DNA of 64,000 bases from Escherichia coli (GTDB lineage: Bacteria > Pseudomonadota > Gammaproteobacteria > Enterobacterales > Enterobacteriaceae). Below the pieces are notes generated by a model. The model was not told where the DNA came from and ran no database searches. It was given only the letters and a program-made list of their open reading frames with translations. Position numbers and translations under genes: made by a program. This document shows positions 33,087 through 47,365 of this stretch, piece by piece. The stretch lies in the NCBI RefSeq assembly GCF_013122565.1, contig NZ_CP053258.1; one strand, given 5' to 3'. How positions within the stretch are numbered: the first letter of the stretch is position 1; each line of letters starts with the position of its first letter.

Positions 33087-33913
33087 CTCTCATCCTCCGG
33101 CAGCAGCGCGCGAAAGCGTTCCAGCGCCTGGCGGGCATAGAGTCTGGGCTCGTTCATATACATCGTCACCAGCTCCACCGTACAGTAACCCTCATAGCCC
33201 CGCTCAATAATATCGCGCATCAGTTCCCGCAGCGGCATTTTGCCTTCTCCAGGAATGTAATGCGTGTCGCTGGCCCCGTCGCTGTCGACAATATGCAGAT
33301 GACGTAATTTATCGCCCAGTTTGTCGAAATAACTCATCACCGGTTCCGCCTGAACATACGGCGCGCAAATGTCGACCATGCTGAACAGGCGCGGCGAAGG
33401 CACCAGCGCCAGCGCATGAAGCACATCATTAGCATTACACACGACGTTCGATTCATACGGCGTTAACGGTTCGAGGATTAGATCCATGCCGATGTTTTCC
33501 GCGTACTCACACAGTTCGCTTAGGTTCTCTGCCAGCCGTCCCCAGATAACATTAGGTGGCGTGAGATAGCCCGCATGGGCCGCGGAAATCAGCGTATAAC
33601 CCGCGTTCATCTCTTTTGCCATATCCATCGCCAGCTTGATCATGTCGAGGCTTTCGCGACGCATATGTTCATCGCCCAGCATCATGTTATACGGATAGCC
33701 GTTGGTTTCTGGCGTATAGCCGATAATCGGCATCTGATACGTCTGCGCCAGCGCCTTGATTTGTTTGATGCCGCCCGCTTTTAAGTCCGGCGCGAACGCG
33801 TGCGGGCGACCGCCCCAAATTTCGATGCCGTCGTAACCCAGCTCGCTTGCATCACGAAATGCGTGTTCAATAGGCAGCCGCTGGTGGCCGCAGGTAAACA
33901 TACCTGTTTTCAT
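33083..33913 (-). CDS. frlC: Fructoselysine 3-epimerase (TIM-barrel xylose-isomerase-like)
   Basis: Start moved to internal ATG ([11 protein letters not shown]...) giving 276 aa; overlaps the frlD start by 4 bp. Confidence 0.85.
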
Positions 33914-33962
33914 CGGGTAACTCCTTGCGTAAATCCGGCCCGTTGCCGGGCCGGGAGAGGGA

Positions 33963-34985
33963 TTAATATTCCACCAGACCACCGTAATAGCGGCGTTCAT
34001 CCGGGTTGTGATCTTTGTAAATAGACAGGTAGTAGCAGAGCCACTCCATTGGCACGAACATCAGGAACGGTGCCAGCCACGGGTGCAGCCCTTGCGAAAT
34101 TTCGGCGTAATCGATGACGATCACGTTGTCAGTACGCTGTTTAACAAAGTTAATGGCGCGTTCGGTGGTGTGGCGACTTTCATCATTGCCGAGCAGGAAC
34201 AGGAACGGAACGCCCGGTTCGACAATCTCCAGCGGGCCATGGCGGAACTCTCCGCTCTCAATCACGCAGCCGTGCGTCCAGGTAAATTCCATCAGCGTTA
34301 CAATGCCTTCTTTGTAACCCAGCGGACGCAGCGGACCCGCAGCAACGGTATAAATCATCGGCCACTGGCTGGCCAGTTCACCAAGCTGGCGGCCTTTTTC
34401 TTCCCAGGTGCGTACCAGATGACCGAGCGCATTCGGCAACTGCTTGAGATCGTTTTTGATCTTGCCGATTTCCGCGTTCGGCGCGAGGCGGGTGATCATC
34501 TCCAGCACCACGCTGTAGCAGAGCAGCAGGTGAATTTCCCAGATACAGTCGGCCTGATAATCAATGCTAAATTCCGCCGCCGAGGTAATCGGGCTGTCCG
34601 CGCGTTTGGTGAACGCCGCAGTGAGTGCGCCGCAGGCCCGGCCCAGCTCCAGCGCTTTGATTACCTCTTCCGTTTTACCGTAGTCAGAAACGCCAATCAC
34701 CGCGCAACGATCGTCGAGGCGATACGGGGTGTTATCGCAGAACTCCCAGCCGGAAATGGCGTAGACCTGAAGATCGGAAAAGCGATCCGCCAGATGTTTC
34801 GCCGTTTGCGCCGCGTTGAGTGGCGAGCCGCAGGCAACGAAATAAATACGATCAATGTCGCGCTTCACCATCTCTTCCACGATGGCGTGCACCAGCGGAA
34901 CGTCATGGCTGAGAACTTTTTCCACTTCCTGAACCATATTTTCGGTGACCAGAAAGTCCACGGTGCTTTTATCAATATCCAACAT
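33963..34985 (-). CDS. frlB: Fructoselysine-6-phosphate deglycase (SIS domains)
   Basis: Start moved to ATG at 34985 (MLDIDKS...) giving 340 aa. Confidence 0.85.
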
Positions 34986-35005
34986 TTTATTTTCTCCAGA
35001 TAACA

Positions 35006-36394
<1,389 letters not shown>

Positions 36395-36573
36395 TTAAAA
36401 GGTAACATGACAATGCATGATGAATATAACAACATATGATGTTATGTAATGTGGAGGAAGATCACATAATTTCGCACAGGATCGCGCTGTGGCTGATGAA
36501 TGTGGTTATCCAATTGAAATTAAAGTGAAAATATTTTTACGGGTGGGGAGCAAGAAGGATATAGAAACAAATA

Positions 36574-36598
36574 CGCCCTCGGAAAATCCAGAGGGCGT
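36574..36598 (-). terminator. Candidate terminator downstream of yhfL
   Basis: Hairpin gccctc-ggaaaatcca-gagggc; on the minus strand followed by a T-rich stretch (atttgtttc). Confidence 0.35.
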
Positions 36599-36638
36599 CA
36601 GGCAATTAAACCGGTGTTAGCCGATTTCTGTCAGAGAC

Positions 36639-36806
36639 TTACTGTGCAGTAGGACCGCAACCGCCAATGATTTTAGAAATAGAAATTGCCGGGTGCAGCA
36701 GGTAGTCGTAAGAGCAGTTCTTATCACGGTTTTCAATATGACCAGTACATGCAGTTAACGTAGCCAGTACCGCACCTACCAGTGCAACTTTAATAAATTT
36801 GTTCAT
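36639..36806 (-). CDS. yhfL: Small lipoprotein YhfL (55 aa), not in the ORF track (<60 aa)
   Basis: Manual translation gives MNKFIKVALVGAVLATLTACTGHIENRDKNCSYDYLLHPAISISKIIGGCGPTAQ: signal peptide with lipobox LTAC; ATG at 36806, stop at 36639. Confidence 0.7.
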   Translation of the reverse strand: MNKFIKVALVGAVLATLTACTGHIENRDKNCSYDYLLHPAISISKIIGGCGPTAQ

Positions 36807-37023
36807 TTACATTCCCTATGTATTATATATTGATTAATATTCATTGATTGTATGAATATAAGTAGACTGCTCATTAAGAACGATACAGGAATATTTAATC
36901 GGCGTCAGTGAGTGAATGACTTAATTTTGTAAGTCGCTGTAACGGTGAATATAACCCATTAGCAGATAATATTTATTAAGGGGTTATGTTTTTATCTGCT
37001 GAATATATAAAGAGAGTTGTAAA

Positions 37024-37050
37024 CGAAAAAGGCCAGAATTCTCTGGCCCT
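37024..37050 (-). terminator. Intrinsic terminator of the nir–cysG transcript
   Basis: Hairpin ggccagagaattctggcc followed on the minus strand by ttttt, 8 bp downstream of the cysG stop. Confidence 0.55.
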
Positions 37051-37057
37051 GATTAAA

Positions 37058-38431
37058 TTAATGGTTGGAGAACCAGTTCAGTTTATCGCGCAGGCCAACA
37101 ACCCGACCAATAATAATTAATGATGGACTGTTCATTTGCTGCGCCAGTTCGCCCAGTTGTGTGAGCGTACCGTCAATCACGCGCTGCGTGACTGCTGTTC
37201 CGTTTTCGACAATTGCCACCGGCATTTCGCCAGGCATACCGTGTTCAATCAGCTTTTGCTGAATGGTCGCGGCCTGATTCAGCCCCATATAGAACACCAG
37301 CGTCTGTTTTTCTGCCGCCAGGTTTTCCCAGTCCAGCTCGCCACCGGTTTTTAAGTGTCCGGTAATTAAGCGTACGCTCTGGGCATAATCGCGATGCGTG
37401 AGCGGAATACCCGAATAGGCAGAGCAACCAGAAGCTGCGGTAATACCCGGAACCACCGAGAACGGAATACCCGCGTTGCACAGTGTTTCCAGCTCTTCGC
37501 CACCACGGCCAAAAATAAACGGATCGCCACCTTTCAGCCGCACCACGCGTTTGCCTTTTTGCGCTTCCCGCAGCAGGATCTGGTTAATCTCTTCCTGCGG
37601 TACGCAGTGGTATCCCGCGCGTTTGCCGACGAAAACGCGATCAGCATCGCGGCGTACCAGATTCATAATATCGTCAGAAACCAGACGGTCGTAGACCACC
37701 ACATCTGCCTGCTGAATTTGTTGCAGACCCTTCAGTGTCAGCAGCCCGGCATCGCCCGGACCTGCACCAACCAGCACCACTTCACCGCGATGGTCGAGCG
37801 GTTCGTTGATTAACTGTTCGGTCGTTTCAGTAATGGCTTTCTGATCGTTGTTTGCCAGCGACTGCGCCAGGCGGTCGTTAACAAACAATTTCTCCCAGAA
37901 ACGGCGACGCTCACCCATCGTGGCGAACTGTTGTTTCACTCGACCGCGTAATTGCCCGGCGTATTTCGCTACCTGGCCCAGATGTAACGGTAGCAGTGAT
38001 TCAAGTTTTTCGCGTAACAGGCGCGCCAGAACCGGAGAGGTCCCGCCAGAGGAGACCGCGACCATTAGCGGTGAGCGGTCAATAATCGACGGCATAATAA
38101 AGCTGGCGGCTTTCGGCGCATCGACCACGTTACAGAAGATGCGACGAGCTTCAGCGGCTTCGCTGACGCGCTGGTTAAGCGCGTCATCATCCGTCGCTGC
38201 AATCGCCAGCCAGCAGGTGTCGAGAAGGCTTTCATCAAATGGCCCTTCGACGAGGGTTAACATGCCTGCATCTGCCCATGCGGTGAACTGTGGAATAAAC
38301 GCTAATGCATTCACCGTTAAGCGAGCACCTGCGTCTAACAGCAACCTTGCTTTGCGTTCCGCGACATCACCACCGCCGACAATCAGACAGTCGCGATCGC
38401 GTAATTGGCAAAATATAGGCAAATGATCCAC
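37058..38431 (-). CDS. cysG: Siroheme synthase (multifunctional)
   Basis: ORF-track 457 aa; NAD-binding N-domain and C-terminal SAM-methyltransferase domain ([10 protein letters not shown]). Confidence 0.95.
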
Positions 38432-38449
38432 GTAAAAACCCCTTAGTAA

Positions 38450-39256
38450 TTAACCGGCAGCCGTTTCAGTTTGATTAAATTTGTCCGCAACCGGACGATT
38501 CGCTTTCGGCGTAGCATACCAATAACCCAATCCCATGAATACGGCACCTGATAAAGTATTACCCAGCGTCACCCACAGCAGGTTATGACCAATACCCGCC
38601 AGCGTGTAGGCTTCGCTGTGGTTGCCGAACCAGGAGAGCGCGAACAGCGTCATGTTAGCGATGGAGTGCTCGTAGCCGGACGCGATAAATGCCAGCAGAC
38701 ACCACCAGATTGCGATAAATTTCGCCGCCCCTTCAGTGCGCAGCGCCATCCAGATTGCCAGACAAACCAGCCAGTTACACAATGCACCTTTGAAGAACAG
38801 TACCATTGCCGGCGCAGTGGTTTTAGCCAGCGCGACGGAGTGAACGATGCTGGTATCTACCGGCAGCAGGCTACCGCCACCCCAGCTATAGAGCATGGCA
38901 ACGAAGACGGAACCGACCAGGTTACCCAGCCAGGTTTGCGGCAGGATTGCCCACATTTGCCCGTGGCTGATGGTGCCCGCTTTCACCCCAAAGGTGAGGA
39001 ACATGGTGTGTCCGGTGAACAGTTCAGAACCGGCGATAATCACCAGCGTTAAAGCGATACCAAAGGTCGCGCCCATCACCAAAGGGCGTACGGATGGATC
39101 GAGCAAATTACCGAGCGTAAAAATCAGGATGATCCCAAGACCCACATACGCGCCCGCCATAGCGGAGCTGACCCAAAAGCCGAGCGGGTTATTTGCCGAC
39201 AGGCGTGCAATGCGCGCAGCGTTAGCCGCACACTTATTAATAGTGTCTGTAAACAT
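38450..39256 (-). CDS. nirC: Nitrite transporter NirC (FNT family)
   Basis: ORF-track 268 aa, formate/nitrite-transporter-like hydrophobic profile. Confidence 0.9.
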   Translation of the reverse strand: MFTDTINKCAANAARIARLSANNPLGFWVSSAMAGAYVGLGIILIFTLGNLLDPSVRPLVMGATFGIALTLVIIAGSELFTGHTMFLTFGVKAGTISHGQMWAILPQTWLGNLVGSVFVAMLYSWGGGSLLPVDTSIVHSVALAKTTAPAMVLFFKGALCNWLVCLAIWMALRTEGAAKFIAIWWCLLAFIASGYEHSIANMTLFALSWFGNHSEAYTLAGIGHNLLWVTLGNTLSGAVFMGLGYWYATPKANRPVADKFNQTETAAG

Positions 39257-39381
39257 TTGATTATCCTTTAAAAAATAAAAACAAAAAATAAAACAAAAAG
39301 TTTAAAAAATGTCCTGCAATATACCGAAGATTATTACAGGACCATGCAAAAAGGGGAGGCATTGCGCCTCCCGTTAAAACA

Positions 39382-39708
39382 TTAACCGCGCAGCTGCACC
39401 ACGCCGTCTTTCACTCGCGCTTCGTAATGTTTGACGGAAAACTGTTCGTCTTCCATGCACAAGCCATCACTTAAGCGAAAACGCTGTTTTTTCAGCGGGC
39501 TGGCGACCCACAGCTCGCCCTGGTGTTCCGCAATCAGCCCGCGTGACAGCACGCTGGACTCGAAGAACGGGTCGATGTTGCTGATCGCAAACACCTGGTC
39601 GCTGTGATACGGGCGGAAAATTGCTACCTGCTCGTCACCTAACAGCGCGCAGACGCCGGTTTCAGGCAGGATGTCATCGATTTTGCAGATGTCTTTCCAC
39701 TGGCTCAT
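39382..39708 (-). CDS. nirD: Nitrite reductase small subunit (Rieske-like)
   Basis: ORF-track 108 aa; start overlaps the nirB stop by 4 bp. Confidence 0.9.
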   Translation of the reverse strand: MSQWKDICKIDDILPETGVCALLGDEQVAIFRPYHSDQVFAISNIDPFFESSVLSRGLIAEHQGELWVASPLKKQRFRLSDGLCMEDEQFSVKHYEARVKDGVVQLRG

Positions 39709-42248
39709 GCGTTGTCCTCCACCAGAGTTACCGGGATACGTTCATACGGCGTTGCCGGACGGTGCTGTTCGCGCTCTGGCACCATCTGTACGTTCGGGTC
39801 ACGCTTGTCGCTGTTGATGAAGTGTTTGAAGCGAGTCTGCGCAGACGGCGTATTGACCGTTTCAGTCCACTCACACACTACCGCTTCACGCAGGCGCGCC
39901 ATCTCTTCTTCCAGATGTGCGTTCAGCCCCAGTTTGTCGTCAATGATCACCGCTTTCAGGTAATCGATGCCGCCTTCGAGGTTTTCTAACCACGGCGCGG
40001 TACGCGTCAGTTTGTCGGCGGTACGGATGTAGAACATCATGAAGCGGTCGAGATATTTGATCAGCGTTTCGCGATCGATATCCGCCGCCAGCAGATCCGC
40101 ATGACGCGGTTTCATGCCGCCGTTACCGCAAACATACAGGTTCCAGCCTTTTTCGGTGGCGATAATACCCACGTCTTTACCCTGAGCTTCTGAACATTCA
40201 CGGGTACAGCCGGAGACACCGAACTTCATTTTGTGCGGCGTACGGATGCCTTTGTAGCGGTTTTCCAGTTCCACGCCGAGGCCCACGCTGTCGCCCACGC
40301 CGTAGCGGCACCAGGTGCTACCCACGCAGGTTTTCGCCATACGCAGTGCTTTCGCATAGGCATGACCGGTTTCGAAACCGGCTTCAATCAGCTGACGCCA
40401 GATTTCCGGCAGATCGTCTTTCTGTGCGCCAAACATCGCCAGGCGCTGGGAGCCGGTGATTTTGGTGTAGAGATTAAATTCACGCGCGATACGACCCACT
40501 GCCATCAGCCCTTCCGGGGTGATTTCACCGCCCGGAGAGCGCGGGATCACCGAGTAGGTGCCGTCTTTCTGGATGTTAGCGAGGAAGTTGTCGTTAGAAT
40601 CCTGCAGCGGAGTATGTTCCGGCTTCAGAATGTATTCGTTCCAGCAGGAGGCCAGCAACGAACCGACGGTCGGTTTACAAACTTCACAACCGTAACCTTT
40701 GCCGTGTTTCGCCAGCAGTTCTTCGAAGGTTTTAATGCCTTCAACGCGGATCAAATGGAACAGTTCCTGACGCGAATAAGCAAAGTGTTCGCACAGGTTG
40801 TTGTTAACTTCGATGCCCTGTTTCGCCAGTTCCGCGTTCAGTACCTGAGTAACCAGCGGGATACAGCCACCGCAGCCAGTACCCGCTTTGGTTTCGGCTT
40901 TCAGCGCCGCAACGGTGTGACAGCCTTTGTTGATGGCAGCAATCAGATCACCTTTGGTGACGTCGAAGCAGGAGCAGATTTGCGCGCTGTCCGGCAGTTT
41001 ATCAACACCGATAGACGACTTACCGCTACCCGAGTGCGCTGGCAGGATCAGGGAATCCGGGTTTTCCGGCAGCTCGATAGCATTCAGCACCAGTTGCAGC
41101 AGGTTGCCGTAGTCGCTGGTATCGCCCACCAGTACCGCACCGAGCAGGGTTTTGTTGTCTTCGCTGACAATAAGGCGTTTGTAGATCTCTTTGCTTTCGT
41201 CGAGGTAAACGTAGCTACGTGCGCCTGGTGTGCGACCGTGCGCATCACCAATACCGCCTACGTCTACGCCCAGCAGTTTCAGCTTGGCGCTAAGGTCAGC
41301 ACCTTCAAAGGCGTTTTCGCTACCGAGAATATGGTCAACGGCGACCTGCGCCATTTTGTAGCCAGGTGCTACCAGACCAAATACACGGTTGTTCCAGCTT
41401 GCGCATTCACCGATGGCGTAGATATCCGGATCGGAAGTCTGGCAGGAATCATTAATGACAATACCCCCACGCGGAGCTACGTCCAGACCACACTGGGTTG
41501 CCAGCTTATCGCGCGGACGGATACCGGTAGAGAAGACGATAAAGTCGACTTCCAGTTCGCTGCCGTCGGCAAAACGCATGGTTTTACGCGCTTCGACACC
41601 TTCCTGCACAATCTCAAGGGTGTTTTTGCTGGTGTGAACGCGCACGCCCATACTTTCGATTTTGCGACGCAGCTGCTCGCCACCCATCTGATCAAGCTGT
41701 TCCGCCATCAGCATAGGGGCAAATTCGATAACGTGGGTTTCAATACCTAAGTTTTTCAGCGCGCCAGCGGCTTCCAGACCTAACAGGCCGCCACCAACAA
41801 CGGCACCGCGTTTGCTGCGACGGGCGCAGGATTCAATGGCGTTGAGGTCTTCAATAGTGCGATAGACAAAGCAGTCCTGAGTATCAGAACCTTTGATTGG
41901 CGGGATCCACGGGTAGGAACCGGTCGCCATGATCAGCTTGTCATAAAAAACGGTGCGCCCGGCGCTGGAGTGAATCACCTTCTCCTGACGGTTGATGGTG
42001 ATAGCGCGTTCGCCGACCAGAACTTTGATGCCGTGTTTCTCGTAGAAGCCTTCGCGCACCAGCGACAGCTCTTCGGCGGTGTGGTGAGAGAAGTAAGACG
42101 AGAGGTGTACGCGGTCATAAGCGATGCGCGGTTCTTCACAGAAAACGGTAATATCAAAGTTGGCCGCATCAGATTTATCAAGAAGATCTTCGATAAAGCG
42201 ATGGCCGACCATACCGTTACCGATAATTGCGAGTCTGACTTTGCTCAT
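39705..42248 (-). CDS. nirB: NADH-nitrite reductase large subunit
   Basis: ORF-track 847 aa; FAD/NAD Rossmann motifs (LAIIGNGMVG), siroheme/Fe-S cysteine cluster. Confidence 0.95.
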   Translation of the reverse strand: MSKVRLAIIGNGMVGHRFIEDLLDKSDAANFDITVFCEEPRIAYDRVHLSSYFSHHTAEELSLVREGFYEKHGIKVLVGERAITINRQEKVIHSSAGRTVFYDKLIMATGSYPWIPPIKGSDTQDCFVYRTIEDLNAIESCARRSKRGAVVGGGLLGLEAAGALKNLGIETHVIEFAPMLMAEQLDQMGGEQLRRKIESMGVRVHTSKNTLEIVQEGVEARKTMRFADGSELEVDFIVFSTGIRPRDKLATQCGLDVAPRGGIVINDSCQTSDPDIYAIGECASWNNRVFGLVAPGYKMAQVAVDHILGSENAFEGADLSAKLKLLGVDVGGIGDAHGRTPGARSYVYLDESKEIYKRLIVSEDNKTLLGAVLVGDTSDYGNLLQLVLNAIELPENPDSLILPAHSGSGKSSIGVDKLPDSAQICSCFDVTKGDLIAAINKGCHTVAALKAETKAGTGCGGCIPLVTQVLNAELAKQGIEVNNNLCEHFAYSRQELFHLIRVEGIKTFEELLAKHGKGYGCEVCKPTVGSLLASCWNEYILKPEHTPLQDSNDNFLANIQKDGTYSVIPRSPGGEITPEGLMAVGRIAREFNLYTKITGSQRLAMFGAQKDDLPEIWRQLIEAGFETGHAYAKALRMAKTCVGSTWCRYGVGDSVGLGVELENRYKGIRTPHKMKFGVSGCTRECSEAQGKDVGIIATEKGWNLYVCGNGGMKPRHADLLAADIDRETLIKYLDRFMMFYIRTADKLTRTAPWLENLEGGIDYLKAVIIDDKLGLNAHLEEEMARLREAVVCEWTETVNTPSAQTRFKHFINSDKRDPNVQMVPEREQHRPATPYERIPVTLVEDNA

Positions 42249-42306
42249 TTTTGCCTCGATTTCTTTTCTATTACCGCCTACCTTAACGATTCAGCAACCC
42301 CGCTTA

Positions 42307-42320
42307 TTGATGTAAATCAA
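42307..42320. promoter_or_regulatory. FNR binding site of the nirB promoter
   Basis: ttgatgtaaatcaa = TTGAT-N4-ATCAA FNR consensus, centred about 40 bp upstream of a TAAGGT-like -10 (plus-strand accTTA at 42281-42286). Confidence 0.6.
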
Positions 42321-42334
42321 ATTCACCTTTATAT

Positions 42335-42350
42335 ACTCCTTAAGGGGTAT
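42335..42350. promoter_or_regulatory. Candidate NarL/NarP heptamer pair in the nirB upstream region
   Basis: Palindromic tactccttaaggggta (TACYYMT-type inverted heptamers) upstream of the FNR site. Confidence 0.45.
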
Positions 42351-42509
42351 ATTGCTGATTTGTATAAATTTTCTTAAGTCACGGAATTGTCTGACATTTC
42401 ATGTTTGTGCAAAAAATAGACAAAATGAACGGGTTTACAGAAATAGATGCACGTAGCGGGGTAAGAGAGGAAAAGGCCGGACGACGATAGTGCCGTCCGG
42501 CATGAGCAA

Positions 42510-43691
42510 TTAATGAGAGGTCAGGGTGTTATGCTGACGGTGACGGCTGACGAAACCTAACAGGAAGCACATCACAAAGACGACAGCGTACAGACCGTTT
42601 GCTGTAAGCAGCGCCGCCTGCGGACCGCTATGTTCAACAATCGGGCCGGTAACCACAAAGGTCAACATAGTACCGATGGTCCCGCAGGTCAGGACAAAGT
42701 TAACCAGTTTTGGCGACGGTACTTTGGTCTGCTGTGAACCCAGGGTGATGATGGTGGTATAGATCGCGCTGGAGAAGAAGCCCAGGGCGAGAATTGACCA
42801 CGCCATATGTGCCGGTGTTCCGGTGTTAAAGACGTACATCAGAATCGCAGCCAGACCAGCCAGTACGGTCAGAATGCGCTGCAAATCAAAGAAGCGAAGA
42901 ATAAAGCTGAACGCCCACATGCCGACCATGTATGACATCCAGAAGTTACTCACCAGCGTGCCCGCGTCGTTCAGGCTCATGCCCAGGCCTTTGGCATACT
43001 CAGGCACCCAGGAGATAAAACCTAACTGACCGAGGATGTAGCACAGCGCCGCAACAGAGAGAAACAGTACGCCGATCCCCCACTTTTCTTTCTCTACCGG
43101 AGCATCCGTTTTTGGCGCATGTTTGCCCAGCGCCGGGAACTCACACCCGAAGGTCAGAATAAAAATAGCGACATACACCAGCCCGATGCAGGCATAAACC
43201 CAGTACCACTCAATGCTGCGCGCCAGTAGAAACGCGGCGATCATTGGGAAAATCATCCCAGCCATACTGAAGAAGGAGTCGGTAAATAACAGGCGGGAAC
43301 CGCGCTGACGCCCTTCATACATTTGTGTTACCAGGAATGTACCAATCGACATGGTGATGCCGCTGACCACCCCGAGAATGAACATCGCCGCCGAGAACAG
43401 CGCCAGGCTGTGGCTGAACATCAAACCGGCAACCGCCAGCACCATCAGGAGAAAGCCAAAACGTAACTGCGTTTTCAACGGGACGATTTCCATCAGCCAG
43501 GCGTTGAGGAAGATAGAGATTAAAATGCCGGCGTTGAGGAAGGTGAAGGTATTACTCATACTGGAAACAGGCAGATTGAAATAATCGGCGATATTTCCCA
43601 TCACCATCCCGGTGACAATAACCAACGCACCGGTCAGTGCGTAGGAGAGAAAGCTAATCCATGTGAGCTTGATGCGATTGCTGTTAGTCAT
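42510..43691 (-). CDS. tsgA: MFS-type membrane protein TsgA
   Basis: ORF-track 393 aa, 12-TM-like hydrophobic profile. Confidence 0.85.
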
Positions 43692-43814
43692 GATTGGCCT
43701 GCGTTCAAAAATAAAATGGCATAGCGGGATATGCCGCGAGCGGGCGATTTTAGGCGATTTTGTGATCTGATTAAATGTTTTATTGCAATCGGTTGCTAAA
43801 TTGCATTTTAAGAG

Positions 43815-43828
43815 GTGATTTTGATCAC
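43815..43828. promoter_or_regulatory. Candidate CRP site in the tsgA/ppiA divergent region
   Basis: gtgattttgatcac matches the TGTGA-N6-TCACA core. Confidence 0.4.
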
Positions 43829-43952
43829 GGAATAAAAAGTGATCGTCAGGTTACATATATTTCAGATACGTAAAATTAGGTAAAGGGATGGCCTTGTTCT
43901 TGAAGGCTATTTAGAATCTCTTCACTTGCTTTTTTTCTGCTCTGTTTGTTAA

Positions 43953-44534
<582 letters not shown>

Positions 44535-44542
44535 TGATTTCT

Positions 44543-44565
44543 CGCGCGGGCAATCTTGCCCGCGC
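44543..44565 (+). terminator. Candidate terminator hairpin after ppiA
   Basis: Perfect 10-bp stem gcgcgggcaa/ttgcccgcgc with a short loop; weak T-tract follows. Confidence 0.35.
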
Positions 44566-44638
44566 TTCTGCTCTCCCGGCGTAACCCGGATTTGCCGCTT
44601 ATACTTGTGGCAAATGGACACGTTCAGGGAGGCATCAA

Positions 44639-44806
44639 GTGAAGAAACTCACCGATAAGCAAAAGTCCCGTCTCTGGGAGCTTCAGCGTAATCGTAATTT
44701 CCAGGCCAGTCGCCGTCTTGAAGGCGTCGAGATGCCTTTAGTCACTCTTACTGCCGCAGAGGCTTTAGCGCGCCTTGAAGCGCTGAGGAGGCACTATGAG
44801 CGATAA
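44639..44806 (+). CDS. yhfG: Small protein YhfG (55 aa, GTG start), Fic-associated
   Basis: Manual translation from GTG 44639 gives [55 protein letters not shown]; stop overlaps the fic start by 11 bp; absent from the ORF track (<60 aa, non-ATG). Confidence 0.6.
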   Translation: MKKLTDKQKSRLWELQRNRNFQASRRLEGVEMPLVTLTAAEALARLEALRRHYER

Positions 44807-45398
44807 ATTCGGCGAAGGGCGCGATCCGTATCTTTATCCAGGCCTTGATATCATGCGTAACCGGCTGAACATCCGTCAGCAGCAGCGGCTGGAACAGGCC
44901 GCTTACGAAATGACGGCGCTGCGTGCTGCGACCATTGAGCTTGGTCCGCTGGTGCGCGGTTTACCGCATTTGCGCACTATCCATCGCCAGCTGTATCAGG
45001 ATATTTTCGACTGGGCAGGGCAACTGCGTGAAGTCGATATTTATCAGGGCGATACGCCGTTCTGCCACTTTGCTTATATCGAAAAAGAGGGCAATGCCCT
45101 GATGCAGGATCTGGAGGAAGAAGGTTATCTGGTTGGCCTGGAGAAAACGAAGTTCGTCGAGCGGCTGGCGCATTACTATTGTGAAATCAACGTGCTGCAT
45201 CCCTTCCGGGTGGGAAGTGGTCTGGCACAGCGGATCTTCTTCGAGCAACTGGCGATTCATGCCGGATATCAACTGAGCTGGCAGGGTATCGAAAAAGAGG
45301 CCTGGAATCAGGCAAATCAGAGTGGGGCAATGGGGGATCTCACCGCGTTGCAGATGATATTTAGCAAAGTGGTAAGCGAAGCCGGGGAATCTGAGTAA
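44796..45398 (+). CDS. fic: Fic-domain protein (filamentation induced by cAMP)
   Basis: ORF-track 200 aa; Fic motif present in the variant form [12 protein letters not shown]. Confidence 0.9.
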   Translation: MSDKFGEGRDPYLYPGLDIMRNRLNIRQQQRLEQAAYEMTALRAATIELGPLVRGLPHLRTIHRQLYQDIFDWAGQLREVDIYQGDTPFCHFAYIEKEGNALMQDLEEEGYLVGLEKTKFVERLAHYYCEINVLHPFRVGSGLAQRIFFEQLAIHAGYQLSWQGIEKEAWNQANQSGAMGDLTALQMIFSKVVSEAGESE

Positions 45399-45429
45399 AA
45401 TAGCGCGGTTCTTTCGTACCGGAGCCGCC

Positions 45430-45993
45430 ATGATCCTGCTTATAGATAACTACGATTCTTTTACCTGGAACCTCTACCAGTACTTTTGTGAACTGGGGGC
45501 GGATGTGCTGGTTAAGCGCAACGATGCGTTGACGCTGGCGGATATCGACGCCCTTAAACCACAAAAAATTGTCATCTCACCTGGCCCCTGTACGCCAGAT
45601 GAAGCCGGGATCTCCCTTGACGTTATTCGCCACTATGCCGGGCGCTTGCCGATTCTTGGCGTCTGCCTCGGTCATCAGGCAATGGCGCAGGCATTTGGCG
45701 GTAAAGTTGTGCGCGCCGCAAAGGTCATGCACGGCAAAACCTCGCCGATAACACATAGCGGTGAGGGCGTATTTCGGGGGCTGGCAAATCCACTTACTGT
45801 GACACGCTATCATTCGCTGGTGGTGGAACCTGACTCATTACCTGCGTGCTTTGACGTGACGGCCTGGAGCGAAACCCGCGAGATTATGGGGATTCGCCAT
45901 CGCCAGTGGGATCTGGAAGGTGTGCAGTTCCATCCAGAAAGTATTCTTAGCGAACAAGGACATCAACTGCTGGCTAATTTCCTGCATCGCTGA
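45430..45993 (+). CDS. pabA: Aminodeoxychorismate synthase glutamine-amidotransferase subunit
   Basis: ORF-track 187 aa; class I GATase catalytic Cys (GVCLGHQ) and His. Confidence 0.92.
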   Translation: MILLIDNYDSFTWNLYQYFCELGADVLVKRNDALTLADIDALKPQKIVISPGPCTPDEAGISLDVIRHYAGRLPILGVCLGHQAMAQAFGGKVVRAAKVMHGKTSPITHSGEGVFRGLANPLTVTRYHSLVVEPDSLPACFDVTAWSETREIMGIRHRQWDLEGVQFHPESILSEQGHQLLANFLHR

Positions 45994-46063
45994 TTTCTGA
46001 TTGCCATTCAGTGATTTTTTATGCATATTTTGTGATTATAATTTCACATTTATTTATGCGTAA

Positions 46064-47299
<1,236 letters not shown>

Positions 47300-47321
47300 A
47301 TACGAAGCATCAGGCAAAAGA

Positions 47322-47352
47322 TGTCGGATGCGGCGTGAATGCCTTATCCGAT
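47322..47352. repeat. REP element
   Basis: tgtcggatgcggcgtgaatgccttatccgat matches the REP consensus core; between argD and yhfK. Confidence 0.5.
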
Positions 47353-47365
47353 GGTTTAGCCTGCA

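Noticed and set aside
34008-35003. 331-codon plus-strand ORF antisense to frlB
   Set aside because: Shadow ORF of a well-supported gene; no RBS and no recognisable motifs.
40233-41750. 505-codon plus-strand ORF entirely antisense to nirB
   Set aside because: Lies inside a highly conserved, clearly coding minus-strand gene; the product is a low-complexity Arg/Ala/Phe/Thr-rich sequence with no recognisable domain or RBS; long antisense open frames are expected by chance in GC-rich coding DNA.
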